From Candidatus Multivorans sp. (GTDB lineage Bacteria > Acidobacteriota > Thermoanaerobaculia > Multivoradales > Multivoraceae): a DNA stretch of 64,000 bases. Made by a program: the position numbers and the translations under genes. Below, piece by piece: positions 59,388 through 64,000 of the stretch (its first letter is position 1; each line of letters starts with the position of its first letter). Where the stretch lies: the NCBI GenBank assembly GCA_965224025.1, contig OZ245033.1:2432001-2496000 (forward strand), written 5' to 3'. A model generated the notes under the pieces. The model was given only the letters and a program-made list of their open reading frames with translations. It ran no database searches and was not told the DNA's origin.

Positions 59388-61009
59388 CTAGGGTCCGACA
59401 GTTCCATTGGCTGACCGGATTGCGCCGGTCAGTGGGTCGTATACGGCGGCCACGAAGCGGTGCTCGCGGCGGCGGAGCAGCAGGTTCGTCTCGTAGTAGA
59501 AGACATCTCCAGGTTCCGGCTTGCTCGTGCCCGAGATGAGAATCTTCTCGACCGGCGTTTCGGAGCGGTCGCCGTCCTCGTCGATGACTGTGACGCGGAA
59601 CTCCAGTTCGTTCGTCCACCGGCCGGCGATGGGCAGCAACTGCACGTGGTCGAGCGGGATGGTTATCTCCATCGGGACCAGACTTTTCTGGATCGGGCGC
59701 GCTCCGGGCTGCCCAGGCGCACGCCGAGAAGTTCGGCGCCGGGCGAACCGCCGAAGAGCAGAGCGCCCTCGACGAGCATCGTGACTTCGGTGCTCCTCGA
59801 CATGTCGAGGTAGCTTCGGCGCGACCGGACGCGCAGCTCGGGGCGCCCGTCGCCCCGGACCTCGACCTTGTGGCCTTCGTCGTCTTCGTTGCGCGGCGGC
59901 TCGAACCCGAGCCAGTAGTAGGCGCGCGTGTCCGCCGCGGCCCGTGCCAACGCTGTCTTTCTCTGCGCGTTGATCATGGCCAACCCGCCGGTCTCGTCCG
60001 CCAGGTAGCGGAGACTGTCGTGGTCCAGCCACTCCTTCCCCGGGCCTAGCCCTACCGGGGTACCGGGGTCAGCATCGCTCTCATCGGAGTACCCCACGGA
60101 GGCGTCGTTGGACGACGTGGCTCGGAAGCCTGGAACATCCACCGGATAAAGCGTGTAGCCCACGAGGTTCGCGGCATCCACGAGAGGCCCCAGGACGTTG
60201 TCCACGTTGATGTCAAGCATGGTCGGCAGACCGTCCTCGAAAGTTGGCTGGGGAAAACCCCAGCCGCCGGCTAGAACCAGCATCACCTTGCGGCCCTCTC
60301 GACCGGCGAAACTCCCTAATGTGGCCACCGCGGCCAATGCGGAGCGCTTGACCTGTTCCGCCAGATATCGCTTGGCCTGTTGGACCTCCTGCTTCTTCGA
60401 GGACTGGGGGATCGCCCGCTGATCGACCCTCCGCATCAGACCGAGCGCCGGGCGCTCCCGTGCCTGGCGTAGCGCTTCCCGGATCTCATCGGCGGAGTTC
60501 GTCCAGCCCGTCAGCAGCGCCACGTTGGCGCCGTCCGAGGCGACTGCCGCCACGCGGTCGGCGGGGCCCAACTGCGCCAAATCCCCTTCCAGCCGTCGGA
60601 GCACGTCATCGCGGTGTTGCCGGATGGAGAAGAAATCGTCGATGAACACCAGGAAGTTCGTGCCGACTTCTTCGCCGGCGTGCAGCGCAGGCATGGCCTC
60701 CGCGACTTCCACGCCCCTCGCGGGCGCCGCCCGGTCGATGCCCTCGTCGATCTCCGTGAAGTAGGCGATTGGCGCCGGCTCGCCGTCCACCAGGAGCACG
60801 AAGTCGTTCGCAGTCAGACCTCGGACCCGGTTCCCCTTCCTGTCGGTGACGACGGCTTCGACGTTCACGACCCGGACGTCGATCACGTCGGAAAAGATGT
60901 CCGGCAGGGGGCTCTCCTGGGCGACGGCGGGGAGGGCGGCCAGGAGCCACGGGGCCGCGGAAGCCGGTCGGAATCGATGAAAAGGCCGTCTTCTCATCAT
61001 GTCGTGCAC
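59388..61009 (-). pseudogene. Acidobacterial VWFA-related secreted protein, paralog 3 (frameshift near 59681)
   Basis: FSDVIDVRVVNVE...GLTANDF, GRKVMLVL, LADETGG and YYWLGF; the C-terminal domain LVPMEITIPLD... is in another frame. Confidence 0.8.
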
Positions 61010-61015
61010 CTCTGT

Positions 61016-62563
61016 CTACCTCGGTCCAACGTCGCCTCTCGCCGACAGCAACTCGCCGGTGAGCGGGTCGTAGACGGCCGCGACGTAGCGGTGCTTGCGC
61101 TTGCGGATCCGCAGATCCGTCTCGAAGACGAACAGGTCGCCCGGCATGGGCTCGTCCGGGATGACCACGTGGAGTTTCGCAACCGGCGGCGTAGCCATCT
61201 CCCCGAACCTGTCCATGAGTCTCATCCGGAACTCCAGCTCGTTCCTCCACTGGCCGTTCACTGGCAGCAGCTCCACGTCGTCGAGCGGGACCGTAACCTT
61301 CATCGGGACGAAGAGCTTCCGGAAGCCGGCCTTGCGCGGCGTGCCGAAGCTCACCTCCAGGGAATCGGTCCCGGGTGAGCCGCCGAGCAGGAGGGCGCCC
61401 TCGACCAGCATTGAAACCTCGGTCGCCCTGGACATGTCCAGGTAGTTCTCCCGGGCCCGGACCCGGACGCCCTCATGCCCGGGCAAGCGGACTCTGATGT
61501 CGTGAAGTCTGTCGTCTTCGCTGCGGGGAGGCTCGAAGCCGAGCCAGTAGAAGGAGCGGGTGTCCTTCACGGTCTCCCCGAGCGCCTTGTTGCTGAAGGA
61601 GTTGATCATCGGTAGTCCTCCGGTCTCATCTGCCAGGAACCGGAGGACGTCATGGAATCCGCGCTCGGGTACCTCCCTCCACATTGCGTACGCTCCAATG
61701 GAACCCGCGAAGGGTGGCCCGCCGAAGCCGCTGATCGGAATATCCCGGCCGCGGAGGCCGGGCAGGTCGATCGGGTAGAGGCTGTAGCCGACCAGGTTCG
61801 CGGCGTTGACCAGAGGCCCATAGAGCCGGTCCAGCGTTGCGCCGGCAGAGGCCGCCGCATACGCCGATCCGAAGTTCCAGGAGTCGGACACGGTGGCCCA
61901 CCCTTCGATCAGCAGCAACATGACCTTGCGTCCCGGTGCGTTGGCGAAACTGCGCATGGCGCCGGCGGCAGCCATCACCGATCGCCGGGTCTTGTCGCCC
62001 CGGTCTGCGCCCATGCCGAACCTGTACAGCAGACCGTGCGGCTTGCGCTTCCTTGCCTCCTGTAACGCGGTCTCAATGTCTTCGCGGGCGCCGGTCCAGT
62101 CCGTGATCAAGGTGAGTTCGCGGCCGTCGTTGGCCACAACCGCCACGCGATCGGCCGGCTCGAGCTGGACCAGATCCCGTTCAAGACGCGTCAGCACCCG
62201 GTTTCTGCGCTGCTTGATGGCGAACAGATCGTCGATGAAGATCAGATAATTCGTGCCGACCGGCTCGTCCGGCGCCAGTGCGGGCACGTTGCTGATCTGG
62301 TCGTCGGAGGTGGCCAGCGCCCGGCCGTCATCGATCTCGGTGAAGTAGTCGATTCGTACAGGTCGGCGGTCCACGAGGAGTTCGAAGTCGCTCGCCTGCA
62401 GTCCGCGGATGCGGTTCCCCTTCCTGTCGGTGACGACGACTTCCACGTTGACGACCCGGACGTCGATCACGTCGGAGAACAGGTCCGGCAGGGGGCTGTC
62501 CTGGGCTGCGCCGGGAACGGCGGCGAGGCCTAGAACAGCTATGGCCAGTGTGCAGGATCGCAT
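61016..62563 (-). CDS. Acidobacterial VWFA-related secreted protein, paralog 2
   Basis: Signal peptide; VRVVNVEVVVTDRKGNRIRGL, GRKVMLLL, YPIDLPG, LADETGG and FYWLGF. Confidence 0.88.
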   Translation of the reverse strand: MRSCTLAIAVLGLAAVPGAAQDSPLPDLFSDVIDVRVVNVEVVVTDRKGNRIRGLQASDFELLVDRRPVRIDYFTEIDDGRALATSDDQISNVPALAPDEPVGTNYLIFIDDLFAIKQRRNRVLTRLERDLVQLEPADRVAVVANDGRELTLITDWTGAREDIETALQEARKRKPHGLLYRFGMGADRGDKTRRSVMAAAGAMRSFANAPGRKVMLLLIEGWATVSDSWNFGSAYAAASAGATLDRLYGPLVNAANLVGYSLYPIDLPGLRGRDIPISGFGGPPFAGSIGAYAMWREVPERGFHDVLRFLADETGGLPMINSFSNKALGETVKDTRSFYWLGFEPPRSEDDRLHDIRVRLPGHEGVRVRARENYLDMSRATEVSMLVEGALLLGGSPGTDSLEVSFGTPRKAGFRKLFVPMKVTVPLDDVELLPVNGQWRNELEFRMRLMDRFGEMATPPVAKLHVVIPDEPMPGDLFVFETDLRIRKRKHRYVAAVYDPLTGELLSARGDVGPR

Positions 62564-62590
62564 TGGGATTCCCTCGGTCGTGTGTGGTTT

Positions 62591-64000
62591 CTATTGCTGC
62601 CCCACGGCCCCGCTGGACGAGAGGATCGCGCCGCTCACCGGGTCGTAGACGGCAGCGACGTAGCGATGTTCGCGCTTACGGAGCAGCAGGCTTGTGTCGT
62701 AGACGTAGTGCTGGCCGGGCTGTGGTTCTGCCGGGCCCGCGATGCGGATCGTCTGGACCGGTGTCTCGGAGCGGTCGCCGGACTCGTTGATCACGGTGAC
62801 GCGCAACTCGAGTTCGTTCATCCACAAGTCGCCCATCGGAAGGAGCGTGATGTCGTCGAGGGGGATGACTACATTCATCGGCACCTGGATTTTCCTGAAA
62901 CGGGCCTTCCGCGGCGCGCCCAGGACTATCTCCAGGGATTCCGTCCCCGGGGATCCGCCAAACAGCAGGGCGCTCTCGACCAGCATCGTGACTTCGGCGC
63001 CCTTCGACATGTCCAGATAGTGCTTTCGCGACCGCACGCGCAGGTCGTTTCGTCCCGCCAGCCGCACGTCGATTCTGTGGAGCGCGTCGTCCTCGTCGCG
63101 GGGTGGCGTGAAGCCCAGCCAGTAGAACGACCGCGTGTCGTCAGCCGTCGTGGAGAACGCGACGTCGCGCCGGGAGTTGATCATCGGCAGTCCGCCGGTT
63201 TCGCGGGCAAGAAACTCGAGGACCGAGTGATCCGCCCACTCCGGTGCGTTCGATGAGAACAAGCTTCGTTGCAAACCGCGTGCGGTCATGTACCCGTTGT
63301 AGAGGTCGTAGCTCCCGAAGAAGCCATAGTCGCGGTAGAAGCCGTGACCTCCGAAACCCGCTGCTCCGATCGACGCGTCGCTCTCGGGCCATGGAAACCT
63401 GGGTCGGAAGCCGGGAAGGTCGACGGGATACAAGGTGTAGCCGACCAGGTTGGCGGAGTGGACCAGCGGCCCGTACAGGTCGTCCACCCTGATGTGGGGG
63501 AAGCCGCCGCGGCGGAGCACGTTTTCGGGTAGAGCCGAGGGCGCGCGCCATCCCTCGGCGAGGAGGAGCATCACCTTGCGGCCCGGAACAGCGGCGAAGC
63601 TGCGCACGGCAGCCGTGGCGGCCATGACAGCTCGCTGGATCTGGGCGGAGCGGCTGCCCAGGGCGACTATCTGCCTCAGACCAAGAGCTTCACGGTCTCG
63701 CGCCTGCCTTAGTGCGGCTTCGATCTCGTTGCGGGAATCCGTCCAGTCCGTCAAGCGGGTGACGTTGTAGCCGTCGAACACGACAATGGCCACGCGGTCC
63801 GCCGGCCCGAGCTGGGCGAGGTCGGTAAGCAGCCCGTCCAGTACCCGGTCGCGGTCGCGCCGGATCGCGGACAGTTCGTCGATGAAGATGAGGTAGTTCG
63901 TGCCTACCAACTCGTCCGGCGCCAGCGAGGGCACGTTGCCGACGCCGTCGTCGGACGATGTCTTCGCGAGCCCGTCATCGACCTCCGTGAAGTAGTCGAT
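62591..64000 (-). CDS. Acidobacterial VWFA-related secreted protein, paralog 1 (5' end outside window)
   Basis: The frame continues to the window edge (IDYFTEVDDG...); same motifs as the adjacent paralogs. Confidence 0.88.
   Translation of the reverse strand: MDYFTEVDDGLAKTSSDDGVGNVPSLAPDELVGTNYLIFIDELSAIRRDRDRVLDGLLTDLAQLGPADRVAIVVFDGYNVTRLTDWTDSRNEIEAALRQARDREALGLRQIVALGSRSAQIQRAVMAATAAVRSFAAVPGRKVMLLLAEGWRAPSALPENVLRRGGFPHIRVDDLYGPLVHSANLVGYTLYPVDLPGFRPRFPWPESDASIGAAGFGGHGFYRDYGFFGSYDLYNGYMTARGLQRSLFSSNAPEWADHSVLEFLARETGGLPMINSRRDVAFSTTADDTRSFYWLGFTPPRDEDDALHRIDVRLAGRNDLRVRSRKHYLDMSKGAEVTMLVESALLFGGSPGTESLEIVLGAPRKARFRKIQVPMNVVIPLDDITLLPMGDLWMNELELRVTVINESGDRSETPVQTIRIAGPAEPQPGQHYVYDTSLLLRKREHRYVAAVYDPVSGAILSSSGAVGQQ

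Noticed and set aside
59388-64000. Diversity-generating retroelement acting on the VWA genes
   Set aside because: No reverse transcriptase and no template/variable repeat pair differing only at adenines; variation includes length changes.

Overview
High-GC (about 69% by eye) bacterial window. It is probably Acidobacteriota (Thermoanaerobaculia-like), inferred from tandem Acidobacterial VWFA-type genes, an Oar-like TonB receptor and a characteristic Cys-containing C-terminal domain. Housekeeping content: ampG, pspC, glcDE, an aldehyde dehydrogenase, a minus-strand heme cluster (hemCD fusion-hemL-hemF-hemH // hemA-hemE-hemY, split by a RES/Xre toxin-antitoxin pair), an ACE-like M2 peptidase, xth, sixA, an S41 peptidase, manA, Moco-maturation genes (mocA, split xdhC, MoeA-like), an M20 amidohydrolase, an RND system with two permeases, a TonB receptor and three VWA paralogs. 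Most notable: (1) a ~6.1 kb P4-like-integrase island (39402-45517) bounded by a 22-bp direct repeat that is the RBS and start codon of a secreted-protein gene rather than a tRNA; the element appears to resupply an RBS plus GTG and to displace the native promoter and ATG; (2) a 2197-aa Spondin_N/kexin-like protease-adhesin with about 59 consecutive prolines, preceded by a separately encoded propeptide-like gene, with a stand-alone copy of its C-terminal domain nearby; (3) a densely base-paired ~180-nt element upstream of a Uma2 nuclease, where glcF would be expected. No rRNA, tRNA or CRISPR array was seen. All family assignments come from motif recognition by eye, not from database searches.
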